A stretch of 64,000 bases of DNA, from positions 1,052 to 65,051 of the IMG/VR virus record IMGVR_UViG_3300044701_002512; one strand, given 5' to 3'. The position numbers were made by a program, and so were the translations under genes. This DNA is from a virus. Lineage: Duplodnaviria; Caudoviricetes. The notes below the pieces were generated by a model. That model searched no databases. It was not told the origin of the DNA and saw nothing but the letters and a program-made list of their open reading frames with translations. How positions within the stretch are numbered: the stretch's first letter is position 1; every line of letters starts with the position of its first letter. Positions 1 to 9,261 of the stretch are shown in pieces.

Positions 1-541
1 GGAATTTTTCGTATTCATAGTTTGTTACTGGTGTTGCTGCTTGATTGCCAGGAATGAATTGCACTTCGCCGTTATCAAAATATTTGTAATTGGTTGAGTA
101 GAAAGATTGTGATACTTTGATACCACCTTTAAGAACTATATTTCCTTGACTGTTTTTATGTTCGACAGTTTCATAGTGATGAATTCTATCTGCAGGCATG
201 GTTGATTCATCACCAGGAGAATCATTATAAGCAATATTTACCATTTCATATAGACTAGATTCAGGTGATGGTAAATCAAAATAGACATTGATTATATTAT
301 TTGTAATTGCAATGATCCAATCATATTGTGAATTGCCATATGTTTTTTCTGATAGAAGATCTAATCTATCTACATCAGTTAATGTATACTCAGTAAACAA
401 AATTGTATAGTTAAAAGAACTTTCGCTAATTTTATATCTACGAAAGAAATTTTTTACCAGAACATATTCTCTTTCCGAAAAAGGAAAGGTCAAAGGTTTC
501 TGGTCGTATTCTATACTTGGTAAACGATTGAAGAATGCCAT
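1..541 (-). CDS. gp53: baseplate wedge protein gp53 (runs off window start)
   Basis: Manual translation from ATG at 541: MAFFNRLPSIEY...KNFFRR...DRLDLLSEKTYGNSQYDWIIAITNNIIN...HHYET, the LysM-like gp53 pattern; follows gp48. Confidence 0.85.
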   Translation of the reverse strand, partial: MAFFNRLPSIEYDQKPLTFPFSEREYVLVKNFFRRYKISESSFNYTILFTEYTLTDVDRLDLLSEKTYGNSQYDWIIAITNNIINVYFDLPSPESSLYEMVNIAYNDSPGDESTMPADRIHHYETVEHKNSQGNIVLKGGIKVSQSFYSTNYKYFDNGEVQFIPGNQAATPVTNYEYEKF

Positions 542-543
542 GG

Positions 544-1452
544 TTATCTGAATCCTACATCTAAATCTTCTTTGAATAGTAGTTTGAGTTCTGTAAATGC
601 TACTGTTAATTGTATTCCTATAGGAGCACCATCGCTAAATGTTTGATATTGACCATCCGTTACATAACTAACATCTAATGCAGTTATAGCAGAAGTTTTA
701 TATTTCGGTAGGAAAGTATTTTCTACTAGACTGCCGCCAACGGATGTCATGAAAGATACATTGCAGACATCAGGTATCCCAATGAAATTTTTTGCAGTTG
801 CAACACCAGCGAAACTAGTTGTATCTCCAGAATTTCTTTTTGGTAATATAGCTTTTCTAAAAGTTTCTACAATATCTCTAATAGCAGTAGAATCTCCTGC
901 TTCCTGTGGTATTAATTTAAAAGTATATCCATGTGTTCTTAAGGAACTTCCCCCATATAATAATTCAGTATTTGGATTTATGATAGATCCAGTTCCTAAT
1001 GATAAAAGATCATTTGCTGTAAGATTTGAACCTAGACCAGGAACTTCATTTACTTTGTTGGCAGCATATCTATAAAATTGTTCTGCAAAAAATCCTCCAG
1101 CTTTATTACCCGCGGCTTCTAATGTTTCTACCTTTATTCCTTCTGCACCAGCTTTAGATTTATCTGTTTTTTGTAAAATACCCAGAACACCACTCATAAT
1201 TGTGGTGATATCTTGACCAGCCCATTTACCACCATACTTTGAACCAACGTCATTAGGCATGGGAAGATATATTGATTCCAATCCAGCAGATCCTAATTGA
1301 GATGCGCCGCTTAATGAAGCATTATATTGATTCAATGGAGTGTTTCCTCCTTGATTCCCAGATCCATATGGTGCCTGATATTTAAAAAAATCAAATTTTA
1401 TTAGATCAAAAGGAGATCCTTCGCCTGCTGATACTGGATATATTAGTGCCAT
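544..1452 (-). CDS. gp48: baseplate tail tube cap gp48
   Basis: IYLPMP, INPNTELLYGGSSLRTHGYTFKLIP and QLTVAFTELK motifs; synteny with gp53/gp2/gp4. Confidence 0.85.
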   Translation of the reverse strand: MALIYPVSAGEGSPFDLIKFDFFKYQAPYGSGNQGGNTPLNQYNASLSGASQLGSAGLESIYLPMPNDVGSKYGGKWAGQDITTIMSGVLGILQKTDKSKAGAEGIKVETLEAAGNKAGGFFAEQFYRYAANKVNEVPGLGSNLTANDLLSLGTGSIINPNTELLYGGSSLRTHGYTFKLIPQEAGDSTAIRDIVETFRKAILPKRNSGDTTSFAGVATAKNFIGIPDVCNVSFMTSVGGSLVENTFLPKYKTSAITALDVSYVTDGQYQTFSDGAPIGIQLTVAFTELKLLFKEDLDVGFR

Positions 1453-2132
1453 TAGTTTCTTACTACCTCTATATCTTCTGGTTTGCCATAACCTCTAATG
1501 ATTCTTTTCGCTTTGATGCGATCACTATATTTTTCATTAGTCTCTTTCCAAACATCAGATGATTTGTATGGAACTAAAGTGCTACCTCTTTCTCTAACAA
1601 AATGTTCTACAGGTAAAGCGATAGCAGTATCCCATTCGTCAAGGGCAAGATCTAAAAGAAATCCATCTACATGGTCTAGAATATATTTATGGAAACAAGC
1701 ACGAGGTAAATCTATACGATCATCTTTTAATTTTTCTATCGCAATCATTCTTTTTCTTGGTTCAAGATAGTGTAGATTCGCACCAAAAAAATGATCTGCA
1801 TTTGCTTTGATAACATACACTAGAGGAAATGTATCATAGTATGGTAGATACTTCATCTTTGCTTTGTATTCAAAAAGAAATAGTCTACCTACTCTTGCAT
1901 ATCTTCTTAGTTGATTTTCATCTTTTTCTTCTTGAGAGTCGGTTCTATCTCTTTTCTCATCTTTAATTGTTTTTTCTGGGTGTTGTTTATACTCCAAAGC
2001 CATTGAGCGAACAGTCTTTCTATACCACTGCCAAGACTGTTCTTCTTCTCCTGCCTTTTCTTTTACTCTTTCAAACAAAGTGTTGTAACCTTTGTTTGTT
2101 TTCTTTGATTCTTTTTTAAATCCTTGTGCCAT
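1452..2132 (-). CDS. gp2: DNA end protector protein gp2
   Basis: LFEYKAKMKYLPYYDTFPLV, GANLHYL, FHKY, EWDTAIALPVEHF motifs. Confidence 0.9.
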   Translation of the reverse strand: MAQGFKKESKKTNKGYNTLFERVKEKAGEEEQSWQWYRKTVRSMALEYKQHPEKTIKDEKRDRTDSQEEKDENQLRRYARVGRLFLFEYKAKMKYLPYYDTFPLVYVIKANADHFFGANLHYLEPRKRMIAIEKLKDDRIDLPRACFHKYILDHVDGFLLDLALDEWDTAIALPVEHFVRERGSTLVPYKSSDVWKETNEKYSDRIKAKRIIRGYGKPEDIEVVRN

Positions 2133-2570
2133 TTATTTTATCCCCAAGTGATCTTCGGTGAGAATAAGGAATTCCATTTGTCTATCCTCACACCAGTCAC
2201 TTGCGGCTTCCCATTTCGCTTGGTTCTTTAGAAACGTTAGCACTTTGTCTTTGTATACTTTAGTCTGTTTCTTTGCTGGAGGTGGAGGAGTTGTTTGATT
2301 CTTTGGTTTGATTTCAATGAGATACTTTTTGATTTCATTTGTTTTGGTACGAACTTTAATATAGAAGTCAACATAGTAACGATGCACCCTACCATCTAAA
2401 GGAGAACGATATGGTATCACAACTTCTTCACTTCCCCACTCAATGACACTCTGATTCTTGTCGCAGAATATCATGAACTTTCTTTCCCATAACGAACGGT
2501 AGATAATATTCGTTGGATTGCCTCTGTATTTTTTTGGATTGGTTGGTTTGAAAAATCCAGAGTATGCCAT
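2133..2570 (-). CDS. gp4: head completion protein gp4 (TnsA-like endonuclease fold)
   Basis: KYRGNPTNIIYRSLWE, WGSEE..IPY, HRYYVDF, EIKP, NQAKWEAA, ILTEDHL. Confidence 0.95.
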   Translation of the reverse strand: MAYSGFFKPTNPKKYRGNPTNIIYRSLWERKFMIFCDKNQSVIEWGSEEVVIPYRSPLDGRVHRYYVDFYIKVRTKTNEIKKYLIEIKPKNQTTPPPPAKKQTKVYKDKVLTFLKNQAKWEAASDWCEDRQMEFLILTEDHLGIK

Positions 2571-2602
2571 AAATATAAATATATCTTCCCGAAATATTTA
2601 TG
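2568..2602. promoter_or_regulatory. opposed T4-type late promoters (TATAAATA + strand 2574-2581; CATAAATA - strand 2595-2602)
   Basis: Late-promoter boxes in the 39-bp gap between divergent gp4 and the tail-tube-like gene. Confidence 0.7.
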
Positions 2603-2609
2603 GGGGCAA

Positions 2610-3284
2610 ATGTCAGGCATAAACGTATTTAAATCTAAAATAGCTCAAGGTGGCGGCATGGCCACGAGCAATAATTATGCTGTGTCAATAGATGCTGCGT
2701 GTTTGTCTGGTTTGGGATATACTATGACTCCAGATAATACTGGTGTTGGTGGAAGAATCTTAATCATGTGTGATGAAGTTACTCTCCCTGGTGTTCAAGC
2801 ATCTGTAGGTCAGATGCCAGGATTATATCAAGGATCTCCAGTTATAAATTATCCAACAGGAAAGATATACACAGAGGTTCAGTTATCATTTATGTGTGAT
2901 GCTGACATGGCACCACTTAAATTTTTACAAGATTGGTTTAATTTTATTTTTCAGTCTAATGAAAGAATAGTTCTAACTAGTGGAACTACTCCAACTACTC
3001 TTACGGCAGGAGTTAACACTAATAGATTAAAATATCCGAATGAATATCAAGGAACATTAAAGATTACTAAGACAGAAAGAAATGCTAATACTGATGGTGG
3101 ATCTTCTTCAGTTGAATATCAATTAATGAAAGCATGGCCGTATGCAATTGATGCGATTCCCTTGTCTTATGGATCATCTCAGTTAATAAAAGTCACTGCG
3201 AATTTTTATTATAGATTTTATACTTTTACGAAATATAATAACGCTAAGAATAGATCTGGTGGTGGAGGAACTGTAACTAACTGA
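2610..3284 (+). CDS. tail tube initiator gp54 / gp19-like protein
   Basis: MCDEVTLPG, VQLSFMCD, FLQDWFNFI, YQLMKAWPYAIDAIPLSYG, VTANFYY fit the tail-tube fold. Confidence 0.75.
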   Translation: MSGINVFKSKIAQGGGMATSNNYAVSIDAACLSGLGYTMTPDNTGVGGRILIMCDEVTLPGVQASVGQMPGLYQGSPVINYPTGKIYTEVQLSFMCDADMAPLKFLQDWFNFIFQSNERIVLTSGTTPTTLTAGVNTNRLKYPNEYQGTLKITKTERNANTDGGSSSVEYQLMKAWPYAIDAIPLSYGSSQLIKVTANFYYRFYTFTKYNNAKNRSGGGGTVTN

Positions 3285-3324
3285 TAAATAAAATCACGAT
3301 CATATAATTATTTTGGGGTAAATT

Positions 3325-4047
3325 ATGCCTACATCATTACCAAAACCTCCTGTTCCAACTTATGAACTTGAGTTACCTTCTACAGGTAAAATTGTTAAAT
3401 ATAGACCATTTCTAGTGAAGGAAGAAAAGATTCTCCTCATGGCAATGGAATCTGAAGATGAGAAACAAATTACTAATGCAGTTATTGACATTGTAAAGGG
3501 ATGTTTGTTGACTAGAGGGATTAAGGTAGAAGAATTAGCGTCATTTGATATTGAATATTTGTTCCTCAATATTAGAGGCAAGTCAGTCGGTGAGGATATC
3601 AAATTAAAAATTACCTGTCAAGATGATAATGAAACTCAAGTAGATCATGTGATTAATATTGATAATATTAAGGTTCAGAAGCAACCAAATCACAGTGCTA
3701 CTATTATGCTGACGGATAATAATGGAATCATTATGAAGTATCCTGGAATGAAACAGTTCATTCAAACACAAATTATGCTGAAGTCTTTGAATGCCGAGGA
3801 AGTTTTTGATATTGTAATTGATTCTATTCATCAAATTTTTGACGGGGAGAATGTATACGATGTTAAAGATGTTGGTAAGAAAGGAGTTGAAGAATACTTA
3901 GAGTCTTTGACTTCTAAACAGTTTGAGAAAGTTCAACAGTTCTTCTCAACTATGCCTAAACTATCTCATAGTTTTAGAGTTACCAATCCTAATACTGGAG
4001 TTGAATCAACATATACTATTGAGGGTCTTGTAAATTTTTTCGGATAA
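3325..4047 (+). CDS. gp26: baseplate hub subunit gp26
   Basis: PTYELELPSTG.IVKYRPFLVKEEKILL, FDIEYLFLNIRGKSVGE, IEGLVNFF. Confidence 0.95.
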   Translation: MPTSLPKPPVPTYELELPSTGKIVKYRPFLVKEEKILLMAMESEDEKQITNAVIDIVKGCLLTRGIKVEELASFDIEYLFLNIRGKSVGEDIKLKITCQDDNETQVDHVINIDNIKVQKQPNHSATIMLTDNNGIIMKYPGMKQFIQTQIMLKSLNAEEVFDIVIDSIHQIFDGENVYDVKDVGKKGVEEYLESLTSKQFEKVQQFFSTMPKLSHSFRVTNPNTGVESTYTIEGLVNFFG

Positions 4048-4049
4048 GC

Positions 4050-4214
4050 ATGTTCCATGATTCATTATTGAATCATTATCAATCAAATTTTAACTTGATG
4101 TATCATCACAAATTTTCATTGAGTGAACTAGAGAACATGCTTCCTTGGGAAAGGGTTGTTTATATTACTATGTTAAATCAGTACATAGAAGAACAAAAAC
4201 AAAAAAATAAATGA
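4050..4214 (+). CDS. gp51: baseplate hub assembly catalyst gp51 (54 aa; not in ORF track)
   Basis: Manual translation MFHDSLLNHYQSNFNLMYHHKFSLSELENMLPWERVVYITMLNQYIEEQKQKNK; directly after gp26. Confidence 0.85.
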   Translation: MFHDSLLNHYQSNFNLMYHHKFSLSELENMLPWERVVYITMLNQYIEEQKQKNK

Positions 4215-7171
4215 ACCCAGACAGATTGCCACAACCACCAGAAGGAGTATTAGATCCTCAGATACCTTGGAGTAGGATTAATCCTAACTCTAGGTTGTGG
4301 GTAACATTAAAGGCTCGTCTTACTGGAAGACCCACTGATGGAGAGCATTATTCTTCGTATGTAAACATATCAGAAGCAGATGCTGATAGATTAATTGCAA
4401 ATATGAAGAAGGATCCTCGCGGGTATCCTTCTTTAGATCAGGCTGGCGGGAATCCCGTTCAGTGGATGGAGAATCAACGTTTATATCAGGAATGGTTGGT
4501 AGAAGCGTATCTAGAAGATCCATTTAGAGAAGAAGTAGATAAAAAGATAGAAGAAGCTGCTGTAGAAAGCAGAGTTCGTGAGATACAAGAAGAAAGAAAA
4601 AAGAGAAAAGAAGAAGCGGAGAAGAAAAAGAAACCCAAGGAAGAAATAGAATCAGTAGTTGAAGATTTAGTAAACAATAAACCGATAGATGTAGAAGAAA
4701 TATCTCCAGAGGTTGTTGATGTTCTTCCTTATATTGCTCCTGCTGCAGAGGAAGTAAAGATACCAGAACCTTTGCCAGTAGATGATACTTCTACACCAGA
4801 AGAAGATGCGGAAGAAACTGCACCTATTCTTTTAAATGTTGATATACAAAATATTATTAACAAGTATGCTTCTGAGTTAGAAGCGATAGCTGATACTATC
4901 AATCAGCAATCATCTCTTTTACACAAAATCAGCAGTCAAAAAAGAAGTATACAATTTAACTTAGGATTAGTTAATTTTATTCTTGGTCAACAGATTGAAA
5001 ATTATAGTGAAGCAATATCTGATTTTGCTGCTAAATCTGCTGAAGAAAAAACCCAACAAACAATCAAAGTTGGTACAAAAAAATTAAAAGAAGTTGTTGT
5101 AGAACCTCCACAAGAAGGAGATACCGAACAACCAGAAGTTGAATCACAAAAACAACCAGAACCACAAAAGCAATGGTGGGAATTTTGGAAACCAGATTCT
5201 CCCGACAAGAAAGCAGAAGGTGGAGTAGTTACTGGAGATTCGATTGTTCCTAAACGAGGAGAATACATACCTCCTGGAATATATGATAGACCAACTGTAG
5301 GTCAACTTGCTCCAGGAACAGCAGTAATTCCTTTCAATAGAAACTACGGAAAGAAATTATTAAATGTAGAGGAGCAAACTGTATCAACCAATTCTATTGG
5401 GCAAGCTATGTCAGCAGTTGCTAAGGCATACTTAGCATCTTCTGCTTCTATTCTTGGTGATTTTATTCTGGAGTCTGGTCCTTTTGCACCTTTCTTTGGT
5501 AAGTATGTTGATGGTTCTGTAAATACTTTAGCAAGATATTTCAATCAAAGTAGATCGCAGGTTCTAAAATTATTAGGATTAGGTGACGATAGCATCAACA
5601 TAGAAAGAAAAAATTTCTACAAACTATGGAAAGATGTTTTAGAAAAAAATGATTGGATTTTTGGCGGAGGCGTTGCTGGCGGCAGAGAAGGTGATGGTGG
5701 TCTAGAGGGAGAAGTATTTAAAGACATCTTAACCATCGGTGACAAAGGTGAAGGTCTGAGAATGTTTGGCGGAACTAATGTAGGAAAGATGCCTGCGTGG
5801 ATTCCATTCCCGAAATCAGAATTCAATAAACTAGAATATTCATCTGGATTTGGATTTAGATGGTATAAACAGCACAGTGGAATGGATTTAGCTGGCGAAC
5901 CAGGGATTAAAATTATTTCTCCTTTCGCTGGTAAAGTTTCCATGATGGATAATGATACTGACGGAAGTGGTTATGGAAAATATGTTGAGATAGAACATAC
6001 TCAACCTAAAATATTTACTTTCTATGGTCACATGAGAACAATTGCTAACGGAATGACTGTTGGTTCTACTGTTCAAGCTGGTCAACTAATCGGTGAATTA
6101 GGAAATACTGGAAGATCTACAGGTCCTCACTTACACTGGGAGGTCAGAGAAAGAAGTGGAGGTGGTCAAATAGATCCTGTTCCATTCACCCACAAATTTA
6201 AACCTGGCGGCGGTCAACCACCAAAGAAAAAGTTGGAAGACTATCCAGAGTATCAATTAAATGGCGACAACGGACCTCCTGGAACTATTGTTAGATTGGG
6301 GAGAAAATTATTTAAGATGCAAGATAGAGATAGACTAGGTGATGAAGTTCCACTAGAATCTGGAGGAACTATAGGATCATTCCAATGGGGTGGCATTGTA
6401 AATAATGTATTGACTAATATTGTATCTCCTATTATAAATCGTTTTGCTAAACCTAAACCGCGAGGGTTGAAAGGAGCACAAGTAAAAAGAATTATGCATG
6501 GCACAAGAGCAGGAGTGCCTCAGTTAATTCGTGCAACAGGATTTAAAGAACAAGCAGGAATGATAGGCACTGGTGTCTATGGAAGTGTGAAAGGTTGGGT
6601 TGCTGATACATACAGAGGAGCTGGAGCATGGAAGGGTATAGTTCCTGGTCAAGGACCTAGATTAGATCTATTAGTTCCTCAGGGTGCTCGAACACTTAGA
6701 GGTGCTACTGTTGTTTCTGCAAGACAAGCAAATAGAGGATTAAGTATTGCAGATGGTATTCTATCGGGAAGATATACAGGAGCAAAAGCTCAACAACTAT
6801 TACCTTTACTCACAGAATCAACACCTTCTATGGCAAGAGCATTTGGAACTGGTGCTGTTAAATTACTTGGTAGAGGTTTAGGAATATTGAATGCTCCTGT
6901 CATAGGTGATATGATTATGCCAGAAGGCACTTCATCCTATGATCAAATATCAGGACCAAACGCATATTACAATGCACCTGGATACAAAGGACCTAAACCA
7001 GTTACTGCTACATCAGAAAGAAGACAACCAATAATTGTCAATGCTCCATCTCCTGCCCCCAGTTCTGCACCTGTTGTGCAAGGATCTTCTTCCCAATCAA
7101 CACCAGTTTTTATTCCTATGCCTATTCCAACTAGGCAAGTTAGAGAAGCAATACAGTTGAGGAGGTTATAA
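4211..7171 (+). CDS. large virion/hub-associated protein with M23 peptidase domain and ADP-ribosyltransferase-like segment
   Basis: HSGMD...YGHM...GNTGRSTGPHLHWE (M23); MHGT...GF...GMIGTGVYGS...ADTY (PARP/Gig2-like); position after gp26/gp51. Confidence 0.75.
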   Translation: MNPDRLPQPPEGVLDPQIPWSRINPNSRLWVTLKARLTGRPTDGEHYSSYVNISEADADRLIANMKKDPRGYPSLDQAGGNPVQWMENQRLYQEWLVEAYLEDPFREEVDKKIEEAAVESRVREIQEERKKRKEEAEKKKKPKEEIESVVEDLVNNKPIDVEEISPEVVDVLPYIAPAAEEVKIPEPLPVDDTSTPEEDAEETAPILLNVDIQNIINKYASELEAIADTINQQSSLLHKISSQKRSIQFNLGLVNFILGQQIENYSEAISDFAAKSAEEKTQQTIKVGTKKLKEVVVEPPQEGDTEQPEVESQKQPEPQKQWWEFWKPDSPDKKAEGGVVTGDSIVPKRGEYIPPGIYDRPTVGQLAPGTAVIPFNRNYGKKLLNVEEQTVSTNSIGQAMSAVAKAYLASSASILGDFILESGPFAPFFGKYVDGSVNTLARYFNQSRSQVLKLLGLGDDSINIERKNFYKLWKDVLEKNDWIFGGGVAGGREGDGGLEGEVFKDILTIGDKGEGLRMFGGTNVGKMPAWIPFPKSEFNKLEYSSGFGFRWYKQHSGMDLAGEPGIKIISPFAGKVSMMDNDTDGSGYGKYVEIEHTQPKIFTFYGHMRTIANGMTVGSTVQAGQLIGELGNTGRSTGPHLHWEVRERSGGGQIDPVPFTHKFKPGGGQPPKKKLEDYPEYQLNGDNGPPGTIVRLGRKLFKMQDRDRLGDEVPLESGGTIGSFQWGGIVNNVLTNIVSPIINRFAKPKPRGLKGAQVKRIMHGTRAGVPQLIRATGFKEQAGMIGTGVYGSVKGWVADTYRGAGAWKGIVPGQGPRLDLLVPQGARTLRGATVVSARQANRGLSIADGILSGRYTGAKAQQLLPLLTESTPSMARAFGTGAVKLLGRGLGILNAPVIGDMIMPEGTSSYDQISGPNAYYNAPGYKGPKPVTATSERRQPIIVNAPSPAPSSAPVVQGSSSQSTPVFIPMPIPTRQVREAIQLRRL

Positions 7172-7173
7172 AG

Positions 7174-9234
7174 ATGGAAGGTATAGATGTAGTTTCTTTA
7201 TCTGGAATCTCTTCTGGTGAACCACCACTAGGCGAACAACTTGCTTCGATGGCATCTCAAACCAGAGATGAGGCAAAAGAAAAAGACGAACAGCAAGAGA
7301 AAAAGAAAGAACCAACCAAACTAGAGATATCTTTGGTATATAATTTTACTCTTCTTGGCAAAAAATTTGACAAGATTAAAGATGCAATCAATCAGCAATT
7401 AGATATAGTTTCTGATTTCATAGAATCTGATAATGATATCATGTCAGAATTATATAAAATGAAAGATAATTTTGAGGTGAGAAGTAACTTAGAAAGAGAA
7501 TTGTTCTCTATTATACGTGACAAATACACACAACCTTTTGAAATACCAGAGGTAGAAAATGTAACTCCTGCTGAAAAAGTTGTTCCAGAACCTATACCAG
7601 ATCCTTGGGAAGATACTCCAGAAGATAATACATCTGAAGAACCAGATAAGAAAGCAGAAGGAACTATCTCTCCCCCCACTGCAACAAAACCACAGTTTTT
7701 ACCAGACAAACAAACCGATGAGAAGTTTGCAACTACGATGCAACTACCTCTTGAGTCTTCTGGTATCGGTGGATTGTCTTTGGTCTCTGAATTTTTAAAA
7801 AGTATTGGTCCTCTTGCAAGTATCTTTAATTCTTCTATAGATGTCTACGCTGACATGGGAGATAGACTAGGTATTCCTAGAGATATCTCTATGAGATTTT
7901 TACGAGGTCCTATCTTTGGATCATTTTCTGATGTTACTAACATGCAGAAAGAGTTTGGAAAAACGTGGGCAAGTATTTTAAAAAATGATGATTTGATTGA
8001 CAAGTATATTGACAGAGAAGGAGATCCAAGTGATCCTAATCGCCCTCCAGGTTTTGTGCCTGCGAAGTGGGATGAAGATCCTGAATTTGTTGAAGCACTA
8101 AATGAAATGTGCTCTAGACTTGGAATTTCTGCGCCAGGTTTACTTGCTATCATGGCTAGGGAAAGTGGAATACGACCAGATGCAGAAAACCCAGACACAG
8201 GAGCTGTTGGTTTAATACAATTAAATCCTGTATATAAAGTTCCAGAGAGTGTAGGAACTACTGCAGCTGCTCTCAAGAAAATGACCAGAAAGGAACAGTT
8301 GCCATACATTGAAAAATATCTAACGAGCAGAGGAGTGAAATCTGGAATGACACCTGGCGATATTTACGCTATTATTTTTGTTCCAGGTTTTGCCAGAGAA
8401 ACAAATCATTTGCCAATAGGATCTGCAGAGAGAGGAGAAGCTATATTAACTGATAGTAGTCAAGAAGAATATAAAAGAAATGATAAATTAGATGATAATC
8501 AAGATGGTAAAATTACCAGAAATGATTTGACCGAACAACTTAAAAAGACAGCAAAAGCTTTTAAGATACAAGGATTCGAGAAAGGTGGAACTAAAGGATT
8601 CGTATCAAAAGCAAATAGAAATTTAATGCCATATATTGTTACTGGTCCTGAGTCTGGATTTGATTATACTATTGTTGATGGTGCTGGGATACCACATGAG
8701 GTTGAACTTCATGGTAAAGAATTAATTGCTCCAACGTTGAGTGGATTTAAAGTTTTTCCTATTGAAAATAGAAAATATAGTCTAACAAAAAATCCAGAAA
8801 AAGTAATCAATCGTTGGGAAAAGATTTCTGGTGGATTGAACCTAGAAAAATCATCTAAGATTAATGTGAAAACTGTAGTTCAACAACCACCTGCTCTAGA
8901 ATCTCCAGTCATTTCTAATATACCACATGAAAATATTAATATAGTTAAGGATGTTGTTTCTTCCTTAGATAAGCAAGACTATTGTATAAAAGTAATCAGA
9001 GATGAGATGGTAAAGATATACGATATTCCTGAATTACCATCTATAAATTCATTTGAAACTAATTATAATTATCAGCAACCCCAACAAAAGAAAAGAACTG
9101 TTGTGGGAATTGTATCATCTCCACAACAACAGAGTATGTCTATTGCTTCTCAATCATCTGGAGCTCAAGTGCCAGTAGCAGTTCCAGTATTTGATGCTAT
9201 GAAGTATAGACAAGAGCTGTCTATTGTTCGATAA
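7174..9234 (+). CDS. large virion protein with SLT-type lytic transglycosylase domain
   Basis: IMARESG...AVGLIQL...EQLPYIEKYL...NDKLDDNQDGKIT. Confidence 0.75.
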   Translation: MEGIDVVSLSGISSGEPPLGEQLASMASQTRDEAKEKDEQQEKKKEPTKLEISLVYNFTLLGKKFDKIKDAINQQLDIVSDFIESDNDIMSELYKMKDNFEVRSNLERELFSIIRDKYTQPFEIPEVENVTPAEKVVPEPIPDPWEDTPEDNTSEEPDKKAEGTISPPTATKPQFLPDKQTDEKFATTMQLPLESSGIGGLSLVSEFLKSIGPLASIFNSSIDVYADMGDRLGIPRDISMRFLRGPIFGSFSDVTNMQKEFGKTWASILKNDDLIDKYIDREGDPSDPNRPPGFVPAKWDEDPEFVEALNEMCSRLGISAPGLLAIMARESGIRPDAENPDTGAVGLIQLNPVYKVPESVGTTAAALKKMTRKEQLPYIEKYLTSRGVKSGMTPGDIYAIIFVPGFARETNHLPIGSAERGEAILTDSSQEEYKRNDKLDDNQDGKITRNDLTEQLKKTAKAFKIQGFEKGGTKGFVSKANRNLMPYIVTGPESGFDYTIVDGAGIPHEVELHGKELIAPTLSGFKVFPIENRKYSLTKNPEKVINRWEKISGGLNLEKSSKINVKTVVQQPPALESPVISNIPHENINIVKDVVSSLDKQDYCIKVIRDEMVKIYDIPELPSINSFETNYNYQQPQQKKRTVVGIVSSPQQQSMSIASQSSGAQVPVAVPVFDAMKYRQELSIVR

Positions 9235-9261
9235 ATATTTCTGTTAAATAGGAGAATCTCT

